Shown: positions 15,908 to 22,993 of the stretch, piece after piece
Numbering within the stretch: the first letter of the stretch is position 1
How the letters are laid out: every line of letters starts with the position of its first letter
Virus record (IMG/VR): IMGVR_UViG_3300036791_001337
Location: 1 to 37,926 of that record
Length of the DNA stretch: 37,926 bases
Strand: one strand, 5' to 3'
DNA from: a virus
Notes under the pieces: generated by a model
Seen by the model: only the letters and a program-made list of their open reading frames with translations
The model's database searches: none
Told to the model about the DNA's origin: nothing
Translations under genes and position numbers: made by a program

Positions 15908-16099
15908 CTAATAAGGCGTTGAGTTTCGCCGGAGCCGCTGGCCGAGAATTATCGCGATCATCCCCACAAGAACGAGCGTACCGACGAGCCACTGGTGCCG
16001 CGCCAGAGCGGCACCGAGGCCGACGACCACCGCGCTCGCGCCGCACAGGATGACGACCTCGCCGATGATCGGCGCGCGCGTCTGACCCTGGCGGTTCAT
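15908..16099 (-). CDS. 63-aa two-TM membrane protein, copy 2 (holin-like topology)
   Basis: MNRQGQTRAPIIGEVVILCGASAVVVGLGAALARHQWLVGTLVLVGMIAIILGQRLRRNSTPY is a paralogue of 16251-16433. The ATG overlaps the upstream stop (ATGA). Confidence 0.6.
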   Translation of the reverse strand: MNRQGQTRAPIIGEVVILCGASAVVVGLGAALARHQWLVGTLVLVGMIAIILGQRLRRNSTPY

Positions 16100-16326
16100 C
16101 GGAGCGCCGTAACTCCGTTGAGAATTTCGTCCAGCATCACGAGCGCCCAGGCACGTCGCAACTCCACAGAGATCATGAGCGACGCGCCGACTCGGCACGA
16201 GAGGTCGTTGAACTTCGTGCCCAGGTTGTGCAGTTTGATGACTCCGCGCTCTACAGCCGGTTTCGAATGGAGCGGCCGACGAAGTAAGCGGTGATTGCGA
16301 GGGCCGCCGTCAAGGCTGCGCCCCAA
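16096..16326 (-). CDS. Truncated paralogue of the 16430-16753 protein; start uncertain, possibly a remnant
   Basis: Only the last ~52 codons (VERGVIKLHNLGTKFNDLSCRVGASLMISVELRRAWALVMLDEILNG) align with the C-terminus of the 107-aa protein. No canonical start follows the upstream stop at 16251. Confidence 0.35.
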   Translation of the reverse strand: MGRSLDGGPRNHRLLRRPLHSKPAVERGVIKLHNLGTKFNDLSCRVGASLMISVELRRAWALVMLDEILNGVTALR

Positions 16327-16433
16327 TGGTGTTTGATTGCGGCGAGGAAAACCAGGTCAACCGCGATGGCGAGCGCAGCGGCGACTTGTATCAGTTCGCC
16401 GACCAGCGGTGCGGTGGGAACCTTGCCGTTCAT
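16251..16433 (-). CDS. 60-aa two-TM membrane protein, copy 1 (holin-like topology)
   Basis: MNGKVPTAPLVGELIQVAAALAIAVDLVFLAAIKHHWGAALTAALAITAYFVGRSIRNRL has two hydrophobic helices and a basic C-terminus. ATGA overlap with the upstream gene. Confidence 0.6.
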   Translation of the reverse strand: MNGKVPTAPLVGELIQVAAALAIAVDLVFLAAIKHHWGAALTAALAITAYFVGRSIRNRL

Positions 16434-16753
16434 TCTGCCATCCTCGATGCGAGCGTCATGTTGATTTCAGCGAGCATCAATCGCGCCCAGGGCAGGCGGC
16501 GGCGGATGCCGTCGGCTAGCGCGGCGCCGACGCGACAGGACAGGCCGCGCGTTGCGACCAGCCGCCGAAGTTTGACAATCCCCTTTTCGGCGCGGGTGAT
16601 TGGACGGCGCACCCATTCGAGCAAACCTTCCTGTTCCAGATCCCACACCTGAGCACGCGATAGGTGCAGGTGGCTTCGGTCGTCGCACGTATGGCTCGTG
16701 CAGTCGTCGGCAGACCAAGCCGCTGGAATCAGGCAATAGCGTTTTAGAGACAC
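16430..16753 (-). CDS. 107-aa hypothetical protein, first gene of the late operon
   Basis: ORF with a GTG start and no clear SD. Its C-terminal half is duplicated, in diverged form, at 16096-16250. Confidence 0.45.
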   Translation of the reverse strand: MSLKRYCLIPAAWSADDCTSHTCDDRSHLHLSRAQVWDLEQEGLLEWVRRPITRAEKGIVKLRRLVATRGLSCRVGAALADGIRRRLPWARLMLAEINMTLASRMAE

Positions 16754-17192
16754 AGGTAGGATGTGATCGAATGGCCCCGACCCGAGGCCGCCGAGGCTTG
16801 GCCGCCGGGAAACAACAGTCCGGCTTTCGCAGCAAGCGTAACACGTTAGTCAATCATCTTGCCTACAAAAGCTAGCTAGGCGGCGTTGCGGCCCGGTCTT
16901 CCGGCCCGTCGCGCGGCGAGTTTGTCGCGCCGGAACGCGGTCGCGCAGCTCGGCGCGCTACAAACGCCGTCATGTCTTCGGGTCGGTTGAATCACAGACC
17001 AGGACGCGGTGTGGAGCAGAGTCGCAAAGCTTCTCGGCGGCCAGGACCATGATGATGAGCATTACGTGAATCCTCGAGGCGAAGCGCTGACCTATGAGCA
17101 AATCACCGGAATCGGCATGCGGGACGTTGGCGACGATAACCATTGAACTCTCTTTTGTGCAAAAATTATTTCGTCTTTGGGCTCAACACTTT

Positions 17193-17233
17193 CCCAGGGT
17201 TTCACACCTGGGCAAAGCTCGAAAAGGGCAAAG
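17193..17233 (+). promoter_or_regulatory. Operator-like palindrome CCCAGG-N8-CCTGGG plus two GGGCAAAG direct repeats upstream of the HTH gene
   Basis: Read directly from the sequence: 17193-17212 is the palindrome, and GGGCAAAG occurs at 17210-17217 and 17226-17233, 33-73 nt before ATG 17266. Confidence 0.3.
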
Positions 17234-17265
17234 ACACGCCCTATAAGTGAGGGGAGTTTTCACGA

Positions 17266-17490
17266 ATGGGAAGGCTCTATCGAGTGGCGGAGGCGGCGGT
17301 TCTGTGGGACGTGTCCCGAGTCTCCGTCCGGAAGGAAATCCGCGCGGGCAAGGTGCGCACCGTGCGAATCCGTGGTGCGATTCGAATCCCCCAGTCTGAG
17401 ATCGAGCGTATTTATCGAGAGGGCACCAGGGCGGCTTTGCCGCAACAGACTACCATTTTCGGAGAATCTCCGAGCCTCCGGCCGTTCTAG
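17266..17490 (+). CDS. Excisionase/MerR-type (HTH_17) DNA-binding protein; candidate regulator
   Basis: LYRVAEAAVLWDVSRVSVRKEIRAGKVRTVRIRGAIRIPQSEIERI fits the HTH_17 pattern. It is a lone plus-strand gene between the late and early operons. Confidence 0.65.
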   Translation: MGRLYRVAEAAVLWDVSRVSVRKEIRAGKVRTVRIRGAIRIPQSEIERIYREGTRAALPQQTTIFGESPSLRPF

Positions 17491-17580
17491 AGTTCCAACG
17501 ATCAACTGAAGCTGAAAAGGCAGCCCAGCCAGGCGCACGGTCCGAGGCAGCGGTAGATGGTTCTCATGGGGAAACCTCCA

Positions 17581-18309
17581 TCAAATGATGACCGGGATTG
17601 CGTTGTTGTCGAGTTTCACGCGGAGAAACGTGCCAATCGTCGTCATCGCGTCGAGCTTCCACTTCCCGCCGTCCGCTTCGAAAAGTGCGAGGCGCGGCGG
17701 GCTTTTTTCGTCGGCGTCGCGGAGCCGCAGAACGAATTCCGACGCGGGCTGATCGACTTCGCGAAACGTGCGGAAGGGCGCGAGCGTCACACGCGATTTG
17801 ACGGCAGTCATGGCATCGGCTTTAAGCACGACGCCCGCACGTAGCGCGGTCGATTGCGAAATGCCGTCGTCCTCGCTCACGCGCACCCGTTCGGACGTAA
17901 GGTTGCTCGCGAGATGCAGCAAATAGTCGCGGTCTTCGGTCGCGGTGAAATTGGACTGTAGCCCGATGATGAACTCCGCATGTTCATACCACTGACCGAA
18001 ACGAAACCCGCCGACCTCCGGCGCTGTCGCGCGGACGAAGACGGTCCGGCGCGCCCATTCATCGCTCTTTTTCTCGATGATGGCGACGCTCGCGTGGTCT
18101 TCGACGTGAACGACAACCTGCGCGCCATCGATGGATTCGAACGCGACGGCGGCAAGATCACAGAGGCCGCCGAGGGTCGTAATTGGCAGCGTGGAAAGCG
18201 TCGGGCCGTTGACGGGTTCCAGTTTGCGGTCCGCGAACGTGCGACCGGCGTCTTTATGAAAGTGCGGTTCCTTCAAACCGACGATGTATTCGAGGGCTTC
18301 TTTAAGCAT
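17581..18309 (-). CDS. 242-aa hypothetical protein, last gene of the early operon
   Basis: ATG preceded by AAGGAGGA. Long ORF with coding-like composition. I recognise no motif. Confidence 0.7.
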   Translation of the reverse strand: MLKEALEYIVGLKEPHFHKDAGRTFADRKLEPVNGPTLSTLPITTLGGLCDLAAVAFESIDGAQVVVHVEDHASVAIIEKKSDEWARRTVFVRATAPEVGGFRFGQWYEHAEFIIGLQSNFTATEDRDYLLHLASNLTSERVRVSEDDGISQSTALRAGVVLKADAMTAVKSRVTLAPFRTFREVDQPASEFVLRLRDADEKSPPRLALFEADGGKWKLDAMTTIGTFLRVKLDNNAIPVII

Positions 18310-18560
18310 GTGCGGATTCCTCCTTTTGTGAGTTTTAGAAAGAGCGGTCCCTTGCGGGTGTGAATCGTGAGGAATGGTGCGCAGCCGCCGCGCATATGAT
18401 GGCAGGTGATTTCCGGCGGCGTGCCGCCGGCGCCTTCAAGGATGGCGTTGATTTCCTTTTGTGCGCGGAGTCCGCGCGCGGTGACTCCTTCGAGTGTGGC
18501 CGCCATCGCGCGCCAGCGGTACGGATGTCGATGCGTTCGGCGGATCGGCTTCAGTTTCAT
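18273..18560 (-). CDS. 95-aa basic hypothetical protein
   Basis: Internal ATG 18560 preceded by AGGAGA. ATGA overlap with the upstream stop. Confidence 0.5.
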   Translation of the reverse strand: MKLKPIRRTHRHPYRWRAMAATLEGVTARGLRAQKEINAILEGAGGTPPEITCHHMRGGCAPFLTIHTRKGPLFLKLTKGGIRTCLKKPSNTSSV

Positions 18561-18823
18561 ACATTCTCCTGTTCCAAGAAGGTGTGGCAAAAGCCGCAGT
18601 ATTTCTCGGCCACATCGCTCGGGTTGTGGCTCGTCATGCCGCATCGGACGCAAATGATCGAAATCCCGTCTTGGGACACCCAATATCGAATACCCTGGCT
18701 CAACAGCAAATCGCGACTGATCTCAGCCATTTCTTTAGCCGGATCAGGGAAATACACTGAAAATGCCTTTTCATAGGCGAGCGCAAGCTTCGCCAGCCGG
18801 ACCGTCGATTCATTTGGTTTCAT
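18557..18823 (-). CDS. 88-aa hypothetical protein with a C-terminal zinc-ribbon (CVRCG...CGFCH)
   Basis: Internal ATG 18823 preceded by GGAGGG. ATGA overlap with the upstream stop. Two CxxC-type pairs. Confidence 0.55.
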   Translation of the reverse strand: MKPNESTVRLAKLALAYEKAFSVYFPDPAKEMAEISRDLLLSQGIRYWVSQDGISIICVRCGMTSHNPSDVAEKYCGFCHTFLEQENV

Positions 18824-19146
18824 GCGCCCTCCGGTTTCCACACCTTCCAGCCTCGATCCGGCAGCAGTGCGCCGTGTTCGTCGCGGCGTTTCGGAAAGAG
18901 TGAAGTACCGTTGCGGTGCTGGCCGAATTCGAAGCGCGCGCCACAGGCGCAGACGAGTTCGAAAAAGTCGAAGGCGTCGACGGTGCGCACGTGAAAGCGA
19001 ATCGCCTCCGATTTGCAGCACCCGCAGTTGGCCTCCGCCTCAAAGACCTCTTGCATGGTCGCGAGCCAGCGAAAGAGGTCCTTTTGACTCTCACCGGTCA
19101 TTTTCAGAAGCAGCCGGCCGTTCCGCGTCCGGTATTGGAGTTCCAT
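18820..19146 (-). CDS. 108-aa hypothetical Cys-containing protein (CGCC...CACG)
   Basis: ORF opening the second half of the early operon, after the repeat-rich gap. Confidence 0.55.
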   Translation of the reverse strand: MELQYRTRNGRLLLKMTGESQKDLFRWLATMQEVFEAEANCGCCKSEAIRFHVRTVDAFDFFELVCACGARFEFGQHRNGTSLFPKRRDEHGALLPDRGWKVWKPEGA

Positions 19147-19328
19147 CGAAAAAGCCCCTGCCTTGCCACGCCCCGCCGAGCCCCGCTACGCCACGGCCAG
19201 CCATGCCGGGCCTAGCACCGCCGAGCACTGCCACGCCAAGCACTGCCGAGAACAACCCGGGGTCTCATTGCTCTTTCAGTAACCGCGCCGGCCATGCCCG
19301 GTCAAGCCCAGACACGCTTGAAAGCCCT
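19147..19328. repeat. Intergenic cluster of short degenerate direct repeats (candidate iterons or regulatory site)
   Basis: Within 182 bp: AGCACTGCC x2, CCACGCC x3, CCGCCGAGC / GCCCCGCCGAGCC, and GCCATGCC(G/C)GG x2. Confidence 0.4.
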
Positions 19329-19658
19329 TTATTGCGACGTCGCCGGTTCGTCACGGAAGAGCGCCTCCTGGCGCGGGTCGCGCGGATAGGCGGTCAGCTC
19401 GCCGCCTTTCTGGCTGACGAATAGAGCGCCCTTCACGCAGGGCAGCGTCGCGAGCTTCTCTTTCACGACCATCGATACGTCGGCCCCGGAGCGGTCGGAG
19501 TGCGGTTTGAAAGTGAATTCCAGCGTCAAGGTGCGTTTCGCGTCGCCGTCCGCGTTCGGGTCGCGGATGTTCGCGAGCACAGCTTTAAGGCTACGTTGGA
19601 AGATTTCCGGGACCGCCCCGGCGCAAATGTTATCGAGAGTCAGTTTTTCGCTGGCCAT
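19329..19658 (-). CDS. 109-aa hypothetical protein
   Basis: ATG preceded by GGAGGTGG with about 7 nt spacing. Confidence 0.65.
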   Translation of the reverse strand: MASEKLTLDNICAGAVPEIFQRSLKAVLANIRDPNADGDAKRTLTLEFTFKPHSDRSGADVSMVVKEKLATLPCVKGALFVSQKGGELTAYPRDPRQEALFRDEPATSQ

Positions 19659-19662
19659 CGTT

Positions 19663-19890
19663 TTACCACCTCCGTCTTTCGATTCCGGGCGCGGATTCGT
19701 CCGATGTCGCGATTGGCGTCAGGCGTTCGACGAGGTCCTCACGTCGGGCGGTTTCGCCGGTCGCGACGTTTTCATAACTGGTGCAGCAATGAGGGTCCAG
19801 AAGCACGACGAGCAAGAAGCGCGCCTCGAGTGGTGACAGGGTGAGTTTTTCAGGTTCTTCGCGGTCGCTTCGCATTTTTTCAAGCCCCAT
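19663..19890 (-). CDS. 75-aa hypothetical protein (start uncertain; alternative ATG at 19875)
   Basis: ORF in the early operon with no strong SD. Confidence 0.45.
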   Translation of the reverse strand: MGLEKMRSDREEPEKLTLSPLEARFLLVVLLDPHCCTSYENVATGETARREDLVERLTPIATSDESAPGIERRRW

Positions 19891-20095
19891 CTAGCGCGCT
19901 TCGGACCGCGTCGCGCAGCTCCCTAGCGCAGTCCCAGAAGTAACCCATCGCCTCATCAAGATCCGTGAACCTCCGCTGACGTGCGTAGCCGGCGCGATCT
20001 TTGACCCGCACCAGCCAGTTACCGTGGTAGAGCGCGATCTCAACCGTCGATCGCGTGATCGCGTCCGTGCCCGGCAGCAGTGATTCCTGCGGCAT
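19880..20095 (-). CDS. 71-aa hypothetical protein
   Basis: ORF directly downstream of the HTH_17 gene (stop 20106). Confidence 0.5.
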   Translation of the reverse strand: MPQESLLPGTDAITRSTVEIALYHGNWLVRVKDRAGYARQRRFTDLDEAMGYFWDCARELRDAVRSALDGA

Positions 20096-20105
20096 TTCGC
20101 TCTTT

Positions 20106-20501
20106 TCAGGCTGCGCCTTTGCGCGGTTTTCCTAGGGTGGGCTGTTTGATGGCGCGCTCCAACGACTCGCGTCGCACCATCACCCGACCACCGATGCGCG
20201 TGGTCTCAAGCTCGCGCTTCTCGATCAGATAGTCAACCTTGCGGATGCAAACGCCCATTTCGCTCGCCGTAAGCTTGCGGCTGAGCAGGGGTTTTTTTGG
20301 CGCCGTCAGGGTGGCGTGGATCTCATGCCGCAGCTCCTCGGTGGAGTGCGTATTTTCCTTAACCAGGTGGGCGAGTTCGCGCACGAAATGGCGCAGGCTG
20401 TGAAACTCGCAGCGGCCGTCGACGGTCGCTTCCTCGGAGCATTCGGCACATCGTCCGTTCTGATTGATGGGTCTACTGGCGCTCGGGCCCCCGTTCGGCA
20501 T
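20106..20501 (-). CDS. Zn-finger plus excisionase-type HTH (HTH_17) DNA-binding protein; candidate Xis or early regulator
   Basis: N-terminal CAECS...C..H, and C-terminal LTASEMGVCIRKVDYLIEKRELETTRIGGRVMVRRESLERAI. Confidence 0.6.
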   Translation of the reverse strand: MPNGGPSASRPINQNGRCAECSEEATVDGRCEFHSLRHFVRELAHLVKENTHSTEELRHEIHATLTAPKKPLLSRKLTASEMGVCIRKVDYLIEKRELETTRIGGRVMVRRESLERAIKQPTLGKPRKGAA

Positions 20502-20649
20502 GGTTTGCTCCCTGCGGAATCGCGCGGGCCGCGTCCTCGAGCGTCACCCGCACCCAGTCCGACAGGTTGCGTCGAGTGGCGCGAGCGGCCTGCCGGAAGA
20601 GGGCCAATAGTTTCGGTTCGACTCGGACGATGAGCTTGCTTGATTCCAT
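20473..20649 (-). CDS. 58-aa ribbon-helix-helix (CopG/Arc-like) protein, first gene of the early operon (Cro-like position)
   Basis: Not in the ORF track because it is under 60 aa. My own translation is MESSKLIVRVEPKLLALFRQAARATRRNLSDWVRVTLEDAARAIPQGANHAERGPERQ, a classic RHH beta-strand plus two helices. It is divergent from the integrase. Confidence 0.6.
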   Translation of the reverse strand: MESSKLIVRVEPKLLALFRQAARATRRNLSDWVRVTLEDAARAIPQGANHAERGPERQ

Positions 20650-20765
20650 GGTCTGTGCCTCACTTGACGGCGATCCCGATCCCCTCGACCGGGTAACGCT
20701 CGTGTGGCTAGAAGGTTCTCATCTGTCTTACAACGTGTCAACAAAATTATGTATCACGCACCAGT

Positions 20766-20792
20766 GTGCAATCTGATGCAACACGGTGCAAC
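20766..20792 (+). promoter_or_regulatory. Three (G/A)TGCAA(T/C) direct repeats at exact 10-bp spacing in the RHH/integrase divergent region
   Basis: GTGCAAT at 20766, ATGCAAC at 20776 and GTGCAAC at 20786. The same hexamer, on the opposite strand, recurs at attP. Confidence 0.45.
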
Positions 20793-20839
20793 AAGTGTGG
20801 ACGGTGGGTGTACACTGTACGCCGGAGGTGACGGCAAAA

Positions 20840-21973
20840 ATGGCGCATCGAGGCGGAAGGGAACGGGGATTGTGGCAACCGAAGCGGTTGCAAGGCACGG
20901 CCACCTGGGGGATCTGTTATGCCGACGCCACCGGCCAGATCCAGCGCAAGGTTATCGGCACGCTGGCCCAGGCCCGGCACGCTTACCAGGAGCGCAAGCG
21001 CGAGGTCCGCCTGCGCCTCAACACGCCCGAGCTCGCCGAGGCGGCGCGCGGGCGCGTGACCTTCCAAGAGGTCATGGACGCGGCGCTCGCATACTGCCGG
21101 CGGCACGCGGGCTACGACGATGACATGTTCCGCGCCAAGCGCATGTGCTCTTGGTGGGGATCGATGCCGGCCACGGCCCTGACGCCGCAGGAAATCGAAC
21201 TGCGCTTCGAATCGATGACGGCGCTCAAAAACCACAGCGCCGAGAAGCGCCCGATGTCGGACGCGACGCGCAATCGCTACCGGTCGCAACTGTCACTCGC
21301 CTACCAGCTCGCGCAGAAATACGGCAAGGTCCCGGGCGGGTTCAATCCGGCGCGCCTGGTGAAATTGCGGAAAGAACCGGCGCGCGTGCGCTGGCTGTCA
21401 GCGGATGAGGAGATGCGCTTGCGCGAGGTCCTGGCGCGGGAATTCCCGGACCGGCCCTGGGCCCGCGTCCTCGACCTGGCGTTGAACTGCGGCCTGCGCT
21501 GGGGCGATCAAAGCGCCCTCACGCCGGCCCAGCGCGACGGCGAAAGGCTGCTCGTCGATATCGGCAAGACGGGCGTGCCGGTGGGCCTGAAGCTAAACGA
21601 GATTGCGGCCGAGGCCTTCGCCGCCCTCGAGGCCGAAGCCGAGGGTTCGCGCATTCATCCCCGCAAACAGTATCGCTGGTGGTGGGACAAAGCCCGGCGC
21701 CTCGCCGGGATCACGAATTTCCACTGGCACGATCTGCGCCATACCTTCGCCACCCGCTTGCTCGAGGCGGACGTACCGATGGAGAAGGTCCAGAAGTATC
21801 TCGGCCACAAGACCATCGCCATGGCTCAGCGCTACGCGCACGTCGTCGAGGGCTGCCACGACGACGGCCTGGAGAAGCTCGCCGAAATCAACCGGCGCTG
21901 TGCCCAGGGCGGTGGCAAGGTGATGTCGATCGGGAGCGGCCGAACGAAGAAGTTGAAACAGGTTGCAGAGTGA
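20840..21973 (+). CDS. int: Tyrosine recombinase / phage integrase
   Basis: C-terminal HWHDLRHTFATRLLEADVPMEKVQKYLGHKTIAMAQRYAHV (R...HxxR...Y catalytic signature). ATG 20840 is preceded by GGAGGTG. The ORF is open from 20786. Confidence 0.9.
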   Translation: MAHRGGRERGLWQPKRLQGTATWGICYADATGQIQRKVIGTLAQARHAYQERKREVRLRLNTPELAEAARGRVTFQEVMDAALAYCRRHAGYDDDMFRAKRMCSWWGSMPATALTPQEIELRFESMTALKNHSAEKRPMSDATRNRYRSQLSLAYQLAQKYGKVPGGFNPARLVKLRKEPARVRWLSADEEMRLREVLAREFPDRPWARVLDLALNCGLRWGDQSALTPAQRDGERLLVDIGKTGVPVGLKLNEIAAEAFAALEAEAEGSRIHPRKQYRWWWDKARRLAGITNFHWHDLRHTFATRLLEADVPMEKVQKYLGHKTIAMAQRYAHVVEGCHDDGLEKLAEINRRCAQGGGKVMSIGSGRTKKLKQVAE

Positions 21974-22001
21974 GGCAGTGTGCTGCACTGTGTGAGCCGT
22001 G

Positions 22002-22028
22002 TGTTGCATAAGGCTTGTTAATGCAACA
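22002..22028. promoter_or_regulatory. Perfect 8-bp inverted repeat TGTTGCAT-N11-ATGCAACA downstream of int
   Basis: Read directly from the sequence. It contains the same TTGCA core as the phased repeats. Confidence 0.4.
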
Positions 22029-22056
22029 TGTTACGGCTTGATCTGAGGATGACTTG

Positions 22057-22380
22057 ATGCTAGCTTCAGAAATTGCGCGTACACCCGGCGTTCATACGCG
22101 CCCGCTTTTCATGGCCGACAAGAGGCAGATCCGGAAGGCGAAAGGGAAACCCGAGAGAACTCAGATCGGGTTCGAAACGGCGACCTGCGAGCGGCTTGAC
22201 GAGCTCAAAGAAAGGCAGCAGCGAGGCTCGCGCCCCGAGTTCGCCAACATGTTCGTGAATGATTATCTCGACGCCGTGAAGCGCTGCGGCTGGAACGTCG
22301 ACAAGGTCCGGGAGGAGATCCGCAAGATTTGCGACGGCCGCGCCGCGGCGGAGGACCCCAGCGAGCGCTGCGGCGAGTGA
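22057..22380 (+). CDS. 107-aa hypothetical protein, possibly ribbon-helix-helix DNA-binding
   Basis: ATG 22057 preceded by GAGGA. RTQIGFETATCERLDELKERQ...EFANMFVNDYLDAVKR fits an RHH layout. Confidence 0.5.
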   Translation: MLASEIARTPGVHTRPLFMADKRQIRKAKGKPERTQIGFETATCERLDELKERQQRGSRPEFANMFVNDYLDAVKRCGWNVDKVREEIRKICDGRAAAEDPSERCGE

Positions 22381-22473
22381 TCGCAAAGCGGGTCATGGCT
22401 AACCAGGGGCGGCGCGGCGATCGTCGACGCTGGGGCATCCTGGCGTGATTCTGTGTGACGGAAGGAGAACGGT

Positions 22474-22743
22474 ATGACTAGCGAAGAAAAACTTGCGGGC
22501 ATTGAGACCAGACTTGCGAACGTCGAAACCATCCTCGGTCGGGTGAGGAGCGTCGACCTCGCGGAAGTAAAGGATAGCCTGTTGGTTCAAGCGCATCTTG
22601 TAACCAACTTCGAGCGCAAGGTTGATGGCTGGATCGAGTCGGCCGAAACGCGCATGGCCCAGCTCGAAGTTCTTAGCGTAGCGGTCCTCGAGCGTATCGA
22701 CCGCTTCATTGCCGGCCAGGAACCCAACGGACATGGCAAGTAA
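22474..22743 (+). CDS. 89-aa coiled-coil protein
   Basis: ATG preceded by AAGGAGA. Heptad-like EEKLAGIETRLANVETILGRV... The antisense 171-aa ORF is rejected. Confidence 0.55.
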   Translation: MTSEEKLAGIETRLANVETILGRVRSVDLAEVKDSLLVQAHLVTNFERKVDGWIESAETRMAQLEVLSVAVLERIDRFIAGQEPNGHGK

Positions 22744-22880
22744 GAAAGCAGCGGAAGGGCGGCCGGGCGGCGAGGAGATCGTCGGTCCTGGGCCATCCTG
22801 GAGGCTTGCAACCGTGGCTGATTTTTTTACCATATGCTCAACATTTTCGAACCCGAGCCATGGGGCGAAAGGCGAAGCGA

Positions 22881-22921
22881 AGTTGCACGGAGTTGCAAGA
22901 AATTGCAAAAACAACTGGCAC
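22881..22921. promoter_or_regulatory. attP left arm: A(G/A)TTGCA x3 at 10-bp spacing followed by AACTGGCAC
   Basis: AGTTGCA at 22881, AGTTGCA at 22891, AATTGCA at 22901, and AACTGGCAC at 22913-22921. Confidence 0.5.
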
Positions 22922-22993
22922 TTCTACTAGCACTTGGCAATGTCGAGGGCCTAAGTCAGGAGGTCAGAAAAGCAGGTAAGTTATTTAGAATGA

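Noticed and set aside
16970-17143. 57-aa minus-strand ORF (MVIVANVPHADSGDLLIGQRF...) in the divergent control region
   Set aside because: The third-position GC is coding-like, but the SD is weak, there is no motif, and it overlaps the AT-rich promoter-like patch. I left it uncalled and mention it under the control-region finding.
17143-17171. Sigma-70 promoter call (TTGAAC-N17-TTATTT)
   Set aside because: The -10 match to TATAAT is poor (2/6) and the host promoter consensus is unknown. I report it only as an AT-rich patch.
20747-21289. 180-aa minus-strand ORF, and 21593-22009 minus-strand ORF, opposite the integrase
   Set aside because: The integrase on the plus strand has the R...HxxR...Y catalytic signature. 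The antisense ORFs are Arg/Ala-rich shadows.
22399-22914. 171-aa minus-strand ORF opposite the 89-aa coiled-coil gene
   Set aside because: The plus-strand gene has a strong AAGGAG SD and a clean heptad pattern. The minus-strand ORF runs into the attP arm and has no SD.
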